Of a DNA stretch of 64,000 bases, positions 63,214-64,000 are shown piece by piece. The position numbers and the translations under genes are program-made. Source of the stretch: Malacoraja senta. Its lineage: Eukaryota. The stretch lies in assembly GCA_038087875.1 (NCBI GenBank), contig CM075996.1:10418001-10482000 (forward strand), in the 5' to 3' direction. Positions within the stretch are counted from its first letter, which is position 1. Each line of letters opens with the position of its first letter. A model generated the notes under the pieces. That model ran no database searches. It was not told the origin of the DNA and worked only from the letters and a program-made list of their open reading frames with translations.

Positions 63214-63686
63214 CTGGGAATAGAAATTAAAAAAACGTTTATTTTCAAGTTCGGAGGCTTTTTAATTCTACTCGCAGCTACTTATTTCACAACATACTTG
63301 TCAAATTTACAAATATGTAATGCAGAAAAGTCACTTTTCCACACTTCATATTTCCTTATTACATAGGCCATTTCAGCCCATCAAATCAATGCCAGCTCTC
63401 AGAGAATCCCAGTCCTTCACGAATTTTCCTTGAAACTAGTTCCTCACAAATTCCCATCAATTGCCCGCAGAATCCACCATTCAATTTAAAGCAAACTTCA
63501 CTGAACTGTAGCAGCTTAACACCCAGAGGATGGGAAATGCAGGGAATTCTCTGCCCAAGTGGCTCCGGAGACCAGTCCTTGAGACCAGTTCAACACCGAG
63601 GTGACTGGCCTTGATATCACGGAATTGAGAGTATGGCGTTAAATGGTGCCGAGATATGTGGTCTGACTGAGAGGTAGAGCAGCTGA

Positions 63687-63975
63687 GGGGCAGCACGGTG
63701 GTGCAGCGGTAGAGTTGCTACCTCACAGCACCAGAGGCCCAGGTTCGATCCCGACTACGGGTGCTATCTGTACGGAGTTTGTATGTTCTCCCCATGACCT
63801 GCGTGGATTTTCTCCAGGTGCTCCGGCTTCCACCCACACTCCAAAGACGTACAGGTTTGTGGGCTAAATAGCTTAGTAAAATTGTAAATTGTCCCTAGTG
63901 TGTGCAGGATAGTGGTAGTGTGTGGATCGCTGGTCGGCGCAGACTTTCCACGCGGTATCTCTAAAACAAAACAAA
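63687..63975 (+). mobile_element. HE1-like SINE
   Basis: GGCAGCACGGTGGTGCAGCGGTAGAGTTGC, box B GGTTCGATCC, conserved core and an A-rich tail. Confidence 0.85.
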
Positions 63976-64000
63976 AAAAGACTAACAGCAGCTATTTCAG

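Overview
This is eukaryotic, repeat-dense vertebrate DNA, most likely from a cartilaginous fish (skate/ray/shark), judged by HE1-like tRNA SINEs and abundant CR1 LINEs. It is not prokaryotic and has no CRISPR array. Host genes: (1) the probable last coding exon of a WBP2/WBP2NL gene on + (1420-1467); (2) eight 3' coding exons of a SUN2-like LINC-complex gene on - (63213 to stop at 45864), all GT-AG and phase-compatible; (3) a 5'-truncated TIMM8B copy fused behind a Tx1-like LINE tail (~38355-38933); (4) an orphan CpG-rich candidate first exon at ~29.5 kb. The rest is transposable elements: a full-length L1 with a 15-bp TSD, a deleted Gypsy element inside a nested cluster, many CR1/L2/RTE/Rex/Tx1/Penelope fragments, hAT and Harbinger elements, and two head-to-head Helitrons. 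The most interesting signals are: a family of short, often palindromic Penelope-type inserts with 10-17 bp TSDs and a minimal hammerhead-ribozyme core; a LINE fragment that inserted exactly at a SUN2 splice acceptor and duplicated it; and the Tx1-TIMM8B chimera. Family assignments come from motif recognition by eye, without database searches. Repeat boundaries are approximate unless a TSD is quoted.
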